DNA from: an uncultured virus (IMG/VR IMGVR_UViG_2687453727_000003)
Taxonomy: Duplodnaviria; Heunggongvirae; Uroviricota; Caudoviricetes
Length of the DNA stretch: 64,000 nt
Direction: 5' to 3' (one strand)
Virus record (IMG/VR): IMGVR_UViG_2687453727_000003
Shown here piece after piece: positions 50,726 through 60,954 of this stretch. The notes under the pieces are model-generated. The model worked only from the letters and a program-made list of their open reading frames with translations, was not told the origin of the DNA and searched no databases. The stretch's first letter is position 1. Each line of letters starts with the position of its first letter. A program made the position numbers and the translations under genes.

Positions 50726-52153
50726 TTGGATGTAAGTAAATTTAATGAAAAGCTTAATAAAGTTAATAATAATATTTATGTTATAGAGGAAACTGTAACT
50801 CCAGTTAAGGGCATTTATGAAGCGGAACTTATACATGATAATGCAAATCTTAGCACATTAAACGTGTATACAGGATCTAAACTTACAGGAGATAAGATAT
50901 CTAATTATTCAACTTCAACTCCAAGCTTAACTCCATGGAAAACAATAATTAAAATATTTAGTGGCATATCTCCTTTGTATATTTCTTATGAAACTACAGG
51001 AGATCAAGTTGAAGCAGAAGATATAAACAATCTTCAAGATGCGGTTGTTGAAACTCAAAAAAGTCTTAATAGCGAAATTGATAGAGCTATAGGTGCCGAA
51101 AAAGTAATAACTGACAATTTAAATACAGAAATATCAAGGGCAAAGAGTTCAGAAAATACGTTAACAAATAACTTGAATTCTGAGATTACGAGAGCAAAAG
51201 GTGCTGAAAGTACATTAACAACTAATCTTAACTCGGAAATTATTCGGGCAAAAAATTCAGAATCAGCATTAAATGATGCTTTGGCTGCTGAAGTTAATAG
51301 AGCTAAAGCTAGTGAAAATGCGTTAAATGATAACATTAATGAAGAAAAAACAAGGGCTGCTAATGCTGAAAAATTTTTGACAGATAATCTTTCTAGTGAG
51401 GTTAATAGAGCAGTTGAATCAGAAAAAGAGTTAACTGAAAATTTAGGCTTAGAAGTTACAAGAGCAAAACAAACCGAAGATTCTATAAAAAATGATATAA
51501 ATGCTAATAGGTCTAGTTGGAATGATGCTTATAACAAAAGACATGTGCATAATAACAAAGAAATTTTAGATGGATTAAGTAAAAATGCTGATGGTGATCT
51601 AACTTTTAATGGAGGGAAAATCGTAAGCACCACAGTTAATGGACTAACAGATGACGTTACTATTCAGGGTGGAAATAATATAACAATTGTAAAAGAAGGA
51701 AATTCTATTGTTGTATCTGCAGCTGGAGGACAGGAAAAGATAGTGACTAATACACCGATATCAATCTTGACAACTAATTGGACATTAGATACGACTGTAA
51801 CTCCAAGTAGATATAATGTAACAATACAGCATAATTTAAATGATTCTAATATTTTAGTTGGCGTATATAATGGAACGAAAATGCTGGAAATGGTTGAGGT
51901 ACAGATAAAAGATGATAACTCAATTGTTTTATATAATTATGAGGCTATAGATTGCAAAGTAATAATTAATTCTAGTGGACAGCCAACTGAAGTTATAGAT
52001 AATTTAGACTCAAGTGAATCCAATAAAGCTCTTTCAGCTAAGCAAGGAAAAATATTAAAAGAATTGATTAATTCAATTCAAGGTGGGATTTTAATTGGAG
52101 ATACATTAGCTAATGCTAAGCCAATAAGTCTATTCATGAAAATAATAGGCTAG
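50726..52153 (+). CDS. Tail fibre/baseplate protein with 18-aa coiled-coil repeats
   Basis: About eight L.SEI.RAK.SE..L repeats; LSAKQGKILK motif. Confidence 0.75.
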   Translation: MDVSKFNEKLNKVNNNIYVIEETVTPVKGIYEAELIHDNANLSTLNVYTGSKLTGDKISNYSTSTPSLTPWKTIIKIFSGISPLYISYETTGDQVEAEDINNLQDAVVETQKSLNSEIDRAIGAEKVITDNLNTEISRAKSSENTLTNNLNSEITRAKGAESTLTTNLNSEIIRAKNSESALNDALAAEVNRAKASENALNDNINEEKTRAANAEKFLTDNLSSEVNRAVESEKELTENLGLEVTRAKQTEDSIKNDINANRSSWNDAYNKRHVHNNKEILDGLSKNADGDLTFNGGKIVSTTVNGLTDDVTIQGGNNITIVKEGNSIVVSAAGGQEKIVTNTPISILTTNWTLDTTVTPSRYNVTIQHNLNDSNILVGVYNGTKMLEMVEVQIKDDNSIVLYNYEAIDCKVIINSSGQPTEVIDNLDSSESNKALSAKQGKILKELINSIQGGILIGDTLANAKPISLFMKIIG

Positions 52154-52168
52154 AAAGGAGATTGATAT

Positions 52169-54331
52169 ATGGACATAGATAAAATATTAAAAAAGATACT
52201 AGAAATAGATGACTTAGTATCGAAAAAGCATAGTCACTCCAATAAGAACATTCTAGATTCTATAACTCAAGCTTTAATTAGCAATTGGAATAATGCCTAT
52301 ACGCATATATCAGATACAGTAAAACATATTACAAGTACAGAACGTACCAACTGGAATGATGCTGATATTAAGAAACATGTTCACTTAAATAAATCTACAT
52401 TAGATAGTATTAGTCAAAGTAATCTAAATAACTGGGATGACAAGTATACCAAAAATGAAGTTGACAATAAAATAAGTCAAGTTATTAGTAATATGGACTG
52501 GAAGGAATCTGTAGCAACGTATAATGATTTGGCTACTACTTATCCGAATGCAGAAGATGGATGGACAGCTAATACAAAAGATACAGACATTACTTATAGA
52601 TATAATGGAAGCGTATGGATACCTATATCAGCAAATTCAATACCTCTTGCAACTTCAAGTGTTGATGGTAAAATGTCTAAAGCTGATAAGTCTAAATTAG
52701 ATGGTATTGCTGCTAATGCAAATAATTATGTGCATCCCGCTAATCATCTGGCTACTATGATAACAGAAGATACAACCCATAGATTTGCAACAGATACGGA
52801 AAAGTTAAATTGGAATACTGCATATACAAATAACCATATCCATAGCAATAAATCTATTTTAGATGCAATTACGCAAGTATTAATTGATAATTGGAATAGC
52901 GCATATACACATATTAGTGATACCATCAGACACATTACCAGTAATGAAAGAACCTTATGGAATACTGTAAGTAATAAGGTTGATAAAGTTACAGGAAAAA
53001 GTTTATCTACAAATGATTTTGATAATAGCTATAAAGCTAAAATTGATGGCATTAGTAATAATGCTAATAAAGTTGAAGCAAGTACAACCAATGGGAACAT
53101 AAAAGTAGATGGTACTGAAAAAACAGTTTATATACATCCTAGTGGGACTAATCCGCATGGTACAACTAAAGTTGATGTTGGATTATCTAATGTTGATAAT
53201 ACAAGTGATTTAAATAAACCTATTTCAACAGCGGTTCAAAGTGCTTTGAATGGTAAAGCAAATAGCACTCATACTCATGATGATAGATACTATACTGAAA
53301 CAGAGGCTGATAGTAAATTTGCGACTAAAGATGAAATATCTACTGCAGGTTATGGAGATATGATGAAGAGTGCTTATGATAAAAATGGTGATGGTGTTAT
53401 AGATAATGCAGATACTGTAGATGGAAAACATGCTAGTGATTTTGCTCCTAGTGGGTATGGGCTAGGTGGAAAAGGCCAAAGATTAAATACAAGTACTGAT
53501 TTGAATAATATAATAGCTAATGGTTGGTATGACGTGCAGAATCCTGTAAATGGGCCGTATACGAGTGGATGGTTTAATTTCATGGTTATATGTAGTGGAG
53601 ATCAAAGTTATTTAACACAATTAGGATTTGGAATGACTGTTAATATAGGACATGTTTACATACGAACTAAGAGTGGAAGCTCATGGTCAGCATGGATAGA
53701 ACTCTACTCAAATTCAGTTAAACCAAGAGCATCGGATGTAGGGTTAAGTAACGTTGATAATACAAGTGATTTAAATAAACCTATTTCAACAGCAGTTCAA
53801 ACTGCTCTTAATGGTAAAGCAAATAGCTCACATACACATAATTATGCAGGAAGTTCAACTGCTGGAGGTTCTGCAAACAGTGCTGTTAAATTAGATACTG
53901 CAAGAAAAATAAATGGAATTAATTTTGACGGTAGTGGTGATATAACAATTAATGCAATTCCTAGTGGTAAAACAATAGATGGCAATTTTATGTCTAGTTT
54001 TAGAAGTCAAGTGAAAGGGGATACAAACTCAGGAGACTTTCTTGCAAGTATTAGAAATGATACTGCTAATGTAGATAGTTCACCACAGTTTGGTTCAGGG
54101 ATTGGTTTTGGAAGAGGAGATACAAATGGATATTTGTACATGAATTATAGCAGTGCATTTGCTTTTGTAGGTGCAGGAAATGCTGGAAAACTAAATTGGA
54201 TAAAGCAATTAGCGTTTATAGATTCAAATGTAGCATCTGCAACAAGGGCAAACCAAGATTCTGATGGAAAACAAATTAATACTACTTACGTCAAGAAAAA
54301 TTGCACATGGAATGATTTAAAGGGGGTATAG
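52169..54331 (+). CDS. Tail fibre/receptor-binding protein
   Basis: HxH repeats, DGKMSKADKSKLDGI, DVGLSNVDNTSD twice, knob-like domain (WSAW), ARKING..FDGS.DITI. Confidence 0.88.
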   Translation: MDIDKILKKILEIDDLVSKKHSHSNKNILDSITQALISNWNNAYTHISDTVKHITSTERTNWNDADIKKHVHLNKSTLDSISQSNLNNWDDKYTKNEVDNKISQVISNMDWKESVATYNDLATTYPNAEDGWTANTKDTDITYRYNGSVWIPISANSIPLATSSVDGKMSKADKSKLDGIAANANNYVHPANHLATMITEDTTHRFATDTEKLNWNTAYTNNHIHSNKSILDAITQVLIDNWNSAYTHISDTIRHITSNERTLWNTVSNKVDKVTGKSLSTNDFDNSYKAKIDGISNNANKVEASTTNGNIKVDGTEKTVYIHPSGTNPHGTTKVDVGLSNVDNTSDLNKPISTAVQSALNGKANSTHTHDDRYYTETEADSKFATKDEISTAGYGDMMKSAYDKNGDGVIDNADTVDGKHASDFAPSGYGLGGKGQRLNTSTDLNNIIANGWYDVQNPVNGPYTSGWFNFMVICSGDQSYLTQLGFGMTVNIGHVYIRTKSGSSWSAWIELYSNSVKPRASDVGLSNVDNTSDLNKPISTAVQTALNGKANSSHTHNYAGSSTAGGSANSAVKLDTARKINGINFDGSGDITINAIPSGKTIDGNFMSSFRSQVKGDTNSGDFLASIRNDTANVDSSPQFGSGIGFGRGDTNGYLYMNYSSAFAFVGAGNAGKLNWIKQLAFIDSNVASATRANQDSDGKQINTTYVKKNCTWNDLKGV
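53174..53839 (+). repeat. 105-bp direct repeats (53174-53278 and 53735-53839) in the fibre gene
   Basis: Shared core gttgataatacaagtgatttaaataaacctatttcaacagc. Confidence 0.85.
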
Positions 54332-54334
54332 GAT

Positions 54335-54520
54335 ATGGCAACTAGAAAAATACAAGTGACAGATTCTAGTGGTAATATTTATTATTTTGAAACTCAAAGT
54401 GATATTGTAAAAGTGACCTCTGATAAATTTGATAATAATAATGTTAAGGATGTATTAGAAGAGATAGAAGAAAAAACAGTTAAAAAGAAATGTACATGGA
54501 ATGACTTGAAGGGGGTATAG
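54335..54520 (+). CDS. Small tail-associated protein sharing the fibre C-terminal motif
   Basis: Ends in KKKCTWNDLKGV, like the upstream fibre (KKNCTWNDLKGV). Confidence 0.7.
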   Translation: MATRKIQVTDSSGNIYYFETQSDIVKVTSDKFDNNNVKDVLEEIEEKTVKKKCTWNDLKGV

Positions 54521-54521
54521 T

Positions 54522-55136
54522 ATGTATGGATCAAATCAATATGGATTAGTAAAATATGCTGAAAATACTATGACACCTGTAGATATAGAAAAATATAAAA
54601 TTGATTTAACTAAATATGTACCACCATTTGTGATTGAAATTCCAGAAATGAAAGCTTCCTATGATGTGCAAGGTACTGAATTAGGAGGCTTTCTATATTA
54701 TTCAGATGATGTAAAAAATCAACTCCACATAGATACAGCTGCATGGGGATTAGTTTACTGGGAAGAAAGATATGGAATTGAAACTAATTTAGATTTAAGT
54801 TATGAGCAAAGAAGAGAAATGGTAAAAGCCAAAAAAAGAGGTCAAGGTACAACGACTATGCAGATGATTAAGAATGTAGCTGAAGTTTTTAGTGGAGGTG
54901 AAGTTAATGTTATAGAGAATACTGGACCTTATATATTTACCATACAGTTTGTTGGAGTTAAAGGAATTCCACGTAATATGCAAGCTTTTATAAATATGTT
55001 GGAAGACATTAAGCCAGCCCATTTAGGCTATGAGTTTAAATATACTTATACTGTTTGGAGTTTCTTAAAAGAAAAGAAATTAACCTGGAATAATTCAAAA
55101 GCTAAAACATGGGATCAATTAAAAGTTTATGAATAA
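54522..55136 (+). CDS. YmfQ/XkdU (DUF2313) baseplate protein
   Basis: TAAWGL..WE, RRE..KAK.RG.GT, IKPAHL motifs. Confidence 0.9.
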   Translation: MYGSNQYGLVKYAENTMTPVDIEKYKIDLTKYVPPFVIEIPEMKASYDVQGTELGGFLYYSDDVKNQLHIDTAAWGLVYWEERYGIETNLDLSYEQRREMVKAKKRGQGTTTMQMIKNVAEVFSGGEVNVIENTGPYIFTIQFVGVKGIPRNMQAFINMLEDIKPAHLGYEFKYTYTVWSFLKEKKLTWNNSKAKTWDQLKVYE

Positions 55137-55150
55137 AGGAGAGTGATTAA

Positions 55151-56155
55151 ATGTTAACTACAACTAATTATAGACTAAAGAAACCCGAAGGTACTGATGT
55201 AGTTGATATCCAAAATTTTAATGATAATGCAGACATTATAGATCAAGCTTTAAAAAAGCATGATTCATCATTGTCAGATATGGTGTATCAAACAGCAGGA
55301 GGATCTGCTACAGCAATAACACTTGCAATCAAAGGAACGCTAGTAACTGGATATCCAATAACTTTTATAGCAAGTGCAAACAATGGTGGAGCCGCAACTA
55401 CTATAAATGGTAAAAAATTATATAAACCAGGAACAACAACATCACCAAACTTAATAGCAGGAAAGGCATATACTGTATGGTATAACTCGATAAGTGACTG
55501 TTTTTTTATCAAAGCTAGTGCAGAAGGGGATGCAGATGTCTCTAATGTACTAGCAACTAAAAAATTTAGTAATGATAATGATACAGGATTAGTTGGAACA
55601 ATGCCTAACAATGGGGCAGTAAATCAGTCTTTGCCTATAAACGGTTCTTATACAATTCCAAAAGGATTCCATGATGGAACTGGAAAAGTAACTCAAAGTA
55701 TTCCAACAAAAGCTGGAACAACAATAAATCCTAGTACATCACAGCAAGTAATAGCAGCAGGGCAATACTTGTCTGGTGATCAAACAATAGTAGCTATAAC
55801 TGGAACAGCAACAGATGCAGATGTAGTAGCAGGCAAAACATATAATTCAGCAGCGGGTATATTACGTACTGGAAGTGCAACAATAGCAAGTTTAGGTGGA
55901 AGACAATTTAAAAGTGGTTCATTTGTTGGAAATCTTGGTGCAGTTACGGTAAACTTACCATTCAAACCTAGCATAGTGTATATGTATATAAATTATTACG
56001 GCACTTTAATAAAGAGCGTTCTTTTTAGCGTTATTGATCCAAATACGTTCTATAACTTGAGTGGAACTGGTACTGAAGCAGGTAGTGTTGGAAATAACTT
56101 TTTCACAAGAAACGGGACGGGCGATGCTACTTGGTATTGGTATGCTTGGGAATAA
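55151..56155 (+). CDS. Tail fibre protein
   Basis: TTNY.LKKP..N.NADIID N-terminus; GTMPNNG and IPKGFHDGTG motifs. Confidence 0.85.
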   Translation: MLTTTNYRLKKPEGTDVVDIQNFNDNADIIDQALKKHDSSLSDMVYQTAGGSATAITLAIKGTLVTGYPITFIASANNGGAATTINGKKLYKPGTTTSPNLIAGKAYTVWYNSISDCFFIKASAEGDADVSNVLATKKFSNDNDTGLVGTMPNNGAVNQSLPINGSYTIPKGFHDGTGKVTQSIPTKAGTTINPSTSQQVIAAGQYLSGDQTIVAITGTATDADVVAGKTYNSAAGILRTGSATIASLGGRQFKSGSFVGNLGAVTVNLPFKPSIVYMYINYYGTLIKSVLFSVIDPNTFYNLSGTGTEAGSVGNNFFTRNGTGDATWYWYAWE

Positions 56156-56184
56156 ATTTAATTAAAAATAGGGAGTGAACAATT

Positions 56185-56463
56185 ATGAAAACATTAGTAA
56201 TATATGACAATGTAGGTTATATATATTTACAATTAACATCAGATGACAATAGAATACCGCAAGGAGGAATTAATTATTTAGAAGTAGAAGTTCCAGGGGG
56301 GAAAATTATAAAAAGCATTGATATTTCCGTTACACCAAACGAACCAATATATGAAGATATGCCTAAATCAGAATTAGAACTTTTAAAAGAACAGGTGGAT
56401 AATCTAACAGAAGCAAATGCAGAATTGACAAGTATAGTAGCAATGGAAAAAAACAATGCTTAG
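56185..56463 (+). CDS. Tail fibre assembly/chaperone-like protein
   Basis: Position after the fibre; C-terminal coiled coil. Confidence 0.65.
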   Translation: MKTLVIYDNVGYIYLQLTSDDNRIPQGGINYLEVEVPGGKIIKSIDISVTPNEPIYEDMPKSELELLKEQVDNLTEANAELTSIVAMEKNNA

Positions 56464-56497
56464 GATAATAAATTTAAATTTAAGGAGAGTGTTTAGA

Positions 56498-56671
56498 ATG
56501 CAATTTAACAAGAACAGTGGATGTGTAAAAGTATGGATAACATTAATAGTGGGAGGTACTTACGAATATACGGATGTTCCTAATCTTTTGAATTTACAAG
56601 AGCAAGTAAAATTAGTCCTTTTAGATATAGGAGCTATGGAAGATACAACTACAGAAAGTACTGCATCATAG
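56498..56671 (+). CDS. Small XkdX-like phage protein
   Basis: W..LI..G.Y...VP..L..QV pattern; AGGAG RBS. Confidence 0.6.
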   Translation: MQFNKNSGCVKVWITLIVGGTYEYTDVPNLLNLQEQVKLVLLDIGAMEDTTTESTAS

Positions 56672-56879
56672 GAAGATAGGATGTAGTAAATAAAAGAATA
56701 TAAGTACTATATTAGCACCCAATTAGGTGTTTTTTTATTGCTTATTTAAAAGTATTGTCTTTAGAAAGATTATATTTATATTTGTAAAAAATTACTTGAT
56801 TTTGAATATATGAAAGAATTTGTATTACGATTTTACTTGGATTAAATTGGTAGAGCAGTTACTATAAATATAGAGAAAA

Positions 56880-56891
56880 GAACGCGCGTTC
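56880..56891. promoter_or_regulatory. Perfect LexA/DinR-type palindrome
   Basis: GAACGCGCGTTC, 40 bp upstream of the Ig-like gene start. Confidence 0.5.
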
Positions 56892-56930
56892 ATTTATTAT
56901 TCAAATTATTTAATAAGGGAGAAATGATAA

Positions 56931-58103
56931 ATGAAAAATTACTTTAAAAAGTTTAGTATAATGCTTATTATGTTATTAGCCGTTTTAGGTATCGGAACGA
57001 TTCAAAATGGAAATGTAGCGAATGCAGCTACTGTTGGACAACAATTAACTCAGCCAGAAGATGGATGGAAAAGATATGATGATACGGACTCCAAAATACA
57101 ATACAGCCAAGAGTTTATTAATACTACAGATGGTGGATGCTATAATGAAACTTTGCATTACACCACAAATAAATCAAATGGTACTATAAGTTTCAAGTTT
57201 TATGGAACAAAACTTAGAATAATTAATCCTCTTTATTTAGGTTATTCTGATAAAATTCAAATAACTATAGACGGAATATCAGATTATTACACAGAAACGA
57301 CTTCAAAGTCAGCATTACAAATGCTCTTGTATGAAAAAACTTCATTACCATTAGCTATCCATACTGTAAACATAACTAAAATTGATAATGGTTCATTTAG
57401 TGCTGACTTTCATCTAGATGCAATTGACATTGATAAGGATGGATATTTATTATCGTCTAATGAATCAATATCATTGGATAAGTCATCAATGGATTTAGTT
57501 GTAGGAGATTCACAATCATTGGCAACTACAACGACGCCATCTGGAGCAACAGTAAACTGGAGTTCATCAGATGAATCAATAGCTACAGTAGACTCAACTG
57601 GTAAAGTCACAGCTCTAAAAGAAGGGCAAACAGTAATAACAGCAACAACTGCTGATGGTTTAACTGCAACATGTGTGGTAACTGTAATTCCAAAAACTGC
57701 TGAACCAACAAATCCAGATCCATCGGATTCAGATAAAATAGTTAATATTGCTCATGCAAAAGGAGATAACACTAATAATGCTGGCGGAGATGTTACAATT
57801 ATATTCCATGGAGCAGCTGATACTATATTGAGTGTAGTAAAAACAGCAGATGTAAAGGAAGTATGGGTAGGAGATAATTTTACATATACTATAGTAGTAA
57901 CTAATACTGGTACAAAGACAGCTAAAGCAGTAGTAGTAAATGATCCAGCCCCTAATCATATTGATTTTGTAGTGAATGGAATAACAACAACTCAAGGAAC
58001 AGTTGATCCAAGTTCAACATCTAAAAATATTATAGTTAATGTTGGTGATATTGCTCCAGGTGCAACAGTTACAATAAAAATACCTGCAACTGTAGTTCTA
58101 TAA
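56931..58103 (+). CDS. Secreted Ig-like (Big_2) protein with C-terminal DUF11-like domain, moron
   Basis: Signal peptide; WSSSDESIATVDSTGKVTA; VGDNFTYTIVVTNTG. Confidence 0.85.
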   Translation: MKNYFKKFSIMLIMLLAVLGIGTIQNGNVANAATVGQQLTQPEDGWKRYDDTDSKIQYSQEFINTTDGGCYNETLHYTTNKSNGTISFKFYGTKLRIINPLYLGYSDKIQITIDGISDYYTETTSKSALQMLLYEKTSLPLAIHTVNITKIDNGSFSADFHLDAIDIDKDGYLLSSNESISLDKSSMDLVVGDSQSLATTTTPSGATVNWSSSDESIATVDSTGKVTALKEGQTVITATTADGLTATCVVTVIPKTAEPTNPDPSDSDKIVNIAHAKGDNTNNAGGDVTIIFHGAADTILSVVKTADVKEVWVGDNFTYTIVVTNTGTKTAKAVVVNDPAPNHIDFVVNGITTTQGTVDPSSTSKNIIVNVGDIAPGATVTIKIPATVVL

Positions 58104-58144
58104 GCATATGATTGATTGGAATCACGATGAGGGGGAAATGATAA

Positions 58145-59215
58145 ATGAAAAATTACTTTAAGAAGTTTAGTATAATGTTTGTGATGTCTTTGATATTAAT
58201 GTTGGGATCCGTTACTACTGCTTTTGCAGCTCCAACGGATGGTTTTGAAATCGGAACTACTAATTTAAATAATACAGATGAAAATAGTGCCAAAATTGGA
58301 GATCAATTAACAGAGCCTGAAAAGGGATGGAAAAGGTATGATGATACAAATTCAAAAATAACTTATAGCTTGATAAGCTTGTATACAACAAAAACTCAAG
58401 GGCATTATAATTTAAGTATGCAACGTATACCTGTAGGAAATACGATTAAATTTAACTTTACTGGAGACAAGTTAATCATTATAACACTAGCACGTCCGGA
58501 TTCAAAAGGGTTTGAAGTATATATAGATAATAAAGATGTAGGTAAAATAACTGATAATTTCTCTAGTACCCCTGGGCGATTTCAGAATGTATCATTTGTT
58601 AAAACAGATTTGGATTATAAGGAACATTATGTTTGTATAAAAGGGGTAGAGGATTCAGGGGGAATTTATTTTGATGCAATAGACATAGATAGAAATGGAG
58701 AGTTAAAGTCATACAATGAAAATATTTCAAGTATTTCATTAAATAAATCTACAGATAACTTACAAGTAGGACAAACAGATAATTTAGTTGCTACAACAAC
58801 TCCAGCAGGAGCTCAAGTTATATGGAAATCAAGTGACGAATCAATAGCAACAGTTGATTCGACAGGTAAAGTTACAGCAGTTGAAGAAGGAACGTGTATT
58901 ATAACAGCTACTATAAATGACGGAAGTAACCTAAGTGATTTCTGCACAATAAATGTAACTAAGAAAGATACTACTGAACCAAATGAACCAGATAATTCAA
59001 AAGCAATATTAATAATAAATTTAACAGATGGAGAAACCAAAGTTTTTGATGTTTCATATTCAGAAGTGAGTAAATTCAAACAATGGTATAATACTAAATC
59101 AGAGTTTGAGAATAAACTTACATATGAATTTAATAAGACAGTTAACTCTAGCATCTCAGTAGAAGAAGATGTTGTACATGATCAAATAACATCTTATGAG
59201 ATAAGAAAATATTAA
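58145..59215 (+). CDS. Secreted Ig-like (Big_2) protein, paralog of the upstream gene
   Basis: Same MKNYFKKFSIM start; PE.GWKRYDDT, DAIDID and Big_2 motifs. Confidence 0.85.
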   Translation: MKNYFKKFSIMFVMSLILMLGSVTTAFAAPTDGFEIGTTNLNNTDENSAKIGDQLTEPEKGWKRYDDTNSKITYSLISLYTTKTQGHYNLSMQRIPVGNTIKFNFTGDKLIIITLARPDSKGFEVYIDNKDVGKITDNFSSTPGRFQNVSFVKTDLDYKEHYVCIKGVEDSGGIYFDAIDIDRNGELKSYNENISSISLNKSTDNLQVGQTDNLVATTTPAGAQVIWKSSDESIATVDSTGKVTAVEEGTCIITATINDGSNLSDFCTINVTKKDTTEPNEPDNSKAILIINLTDGETKVFDVSYSEVSKFKQWYNTKSEFENKLTYEFNKTVNSSISVEEDVVHDQITSYEIRKY

Positions 59216-59230
59216 AAAAATGTATATTAG

Positions 59231-59259
59231 AACACTTGCAGAAATGTAGGTGTTTTTTT
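59231..59259 (+). terminator. Intrinsic terminator
   Basis: aacacttgca-gaaa-tgtaggtgtt plus T-run. Confidence 0.75.
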
Positions 59260-59295
59260 GTGTATATAAAAAATTTGAGCTAAAGTAGGTGTAAT

Positions 59296-59532
59296 ATGAA
59301 TGAAGAATTAATAAGAGACAAAATAGAAACTCATGACAAAAGGCTTAATAATCATGGCGATAGGCTTGATAAGCTTGAACAGGATGGGAGGGAACTAAAG
59401 ACAGAATTAAAGAACTTATGTGAAAATCTGAAAAACTTAACTAGTATGATGAAGTGGTTTATAACTGCAATGGGAGGAGCTTTAATTAGCTTCTTTTTTT
59501 ATGCAGTTCAAACAGGAATATTTAATAAATAA
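59296..59532 (+). CDS. XhlA-family holin-like protein
   Basis: N-terminal coiled coil, KW and a C-terminal TM; first lysis gene. Confidence 0.85.
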   Translation: MNEELIRDKIETHDKRLNNHGDRLDKLEQDGRELKTELKNLCENLKNLTSMMKWFITAMGGALISFFFYAVQTGIFNK

Positions 59533-59547
59533 TTGGAGGTATGGAAA

Positions 59548-59988
59548 ATGATAAGAACAGCATTAAAGTTAATAATTAAGGTATTAGAAAGTAAATTAAT
59601 TAAAAGTGGAATTGAAGAAAAAATATTAAAGAACAAAAATTATGTTACTGTAGGAAAAGCTATTTGGAACATAGTAGATGAGAATTTTAGAATAAGCAAA
59701 ACTGTAGAGGAAAAGGTATTATCTAAGGCAGATCAGTTTGATAAATTACTACTAGCTAAGTTTCCAGAATTAAGCCAAGATGATGTGTCAGAAATTAGAC
59801 AAACAATAGCTGGTGAAATAAATCAAGGTAAAGCAGCAGTTGTAGATAATTCTACCTTAATTAAGCAGTTGCAGGATGATAATACAAATCTAAAAGCTGA
59901 ATTAGCAGCATTAACAGAACAATTTAATAAAGTTCAAGAGTTATTAGTAAAACCTACTGATGTAAGTACACAACAAGTAACAGCTTAA
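59548..59988 (+). CDS. Lysis-module protein (holin-associated)
   Basis: Lies between the XhlA gene and the endolysin. Confidence 0.6.
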   Translation: MIRTALKLIIKVLESKLIKSGIEEKILKNKNYVTVGKAIWNIVDENFRISKTVEEKVLSKADQFDKLLLAKFPELSQDDVSEIRQTIAGEINQGKAAVVDNSTLIKQLQDDNTNLKAELAALTEQFNKVQELLVKPTDVSTQQVTA

Positions 59989-60051
59989 TTTTAGAGTAGC
60001 CTTTATAGGTTACTCTTATTTGTATATTTAAAATAAGAAAGGAAGATATAA

Positions 60052-60837
60052 ATGAAAGGTATAGATGTAAGTAATCATAACGGAAATATAAATTTTAACC
60101 AGGTAAAAGCAGCGGGAATAGAAGCTGTCTATATTAAGGCTACAGAAGGGACAACTTTTAAAGACAGTTATTTAGACACTAACTATTCTAATGCACATTA
60201 CGCAGGATTAACAACAGGATTCTATCATTTCTTAGTTGGAACTAGCGCACCAGAAACTCAAGCAAATAGTTTTTATAATGCTATTAAGGATAAAGCTAAT
60301 GATCTAATTCCTATGCTGGATGTAGAAACTAATTTTGATGGTCTAATGGACTATATATTAAGATTCATTGCTAAATTCAAAGAGTTGTCTAATATGCAAA
60401 TAGGTATTTATACTTACACTAGTTTTATGGATAATTTAGATAATAGAATTGCAGATTGTCCATTATGGGAAGCAAATTATAACAATACTCCATGGAAATT
60501 AAATTCTAATTTCTTCACTAATAGAGTAGGACATCAATATAGTGAAACAGGATCAGTAAGTGGAATAAATATTGATTGCGATATGAATGAGTTTAATGAA
60601 GGAATATTAAATAAAACTACTGGATATGCTGTTACAAACTATTTACCTAATGGTTACCAAGGAAATAATGAATTTGAAGGTGTTGATTCTGATTATGTTC
60701 TCAAATATTTTAAAGATGTTAGGTGTTATTTTAGAGGCAATGAGAAGGGCGTATGGATAGAGACTCAAAACTTACCTATGAGCAAATGCCTAGAATTAAA
60801 AGAAACTTTGGGAAGTTGGTTTTATGATATAAAGTAG
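60052..60837 (+). CDS. Endolysin, GH25 muramidase
   Basis: GIDVS, IKATEG, GFYHF, LDVE, QYS motifs. Confidence 0.95.
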   Translation: MKGIDVSNHNGNINFNQVKAAGIEAVYIKATEGTTFKDSYLDTNYSNAHYAGLTTGFYHFLVGTSAPETQANSFYNAIKDKANDLIPMLDVETNFDGLMDYILRFIAKFKELSNMQIGIYTYTSFMDNLDNRIADCPLWEANYNNTPWKLNSNFFTNRVGHQYSETGSVSGINIDCDMNEFNEGILNKTTGYAVTNYLPNGYQGNNEFEGVDSDYVLKYFKDVRCYFRGNEKGVWIETQNLPMSKCLELKETLGSWFYDIK

Positions 60838-60954
60838 TTTCTAGGGCATGGGAGTAATCCTGTGCCTTTTATTTTCTGAAACGAGAATAATTTAAAGTTT
60901 GCTAGAGAAACTAACGGTAAAATAGTTAGTCTAATCAGGAGGAAAATTTTAGTT

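Noticed and set aside
51060..51490. CRISPR-like periodic repeats
   Set aside because: The 54-bp periodicity is degenerate coding sequence for 18-aa repeats, with no spacers or cas genes.
50726..56671. Diversity-generating retroelement or invertible fibre cassette
   Set aside because: No RT or invertase. The repeats are direct and their differences are not adenine-specific.
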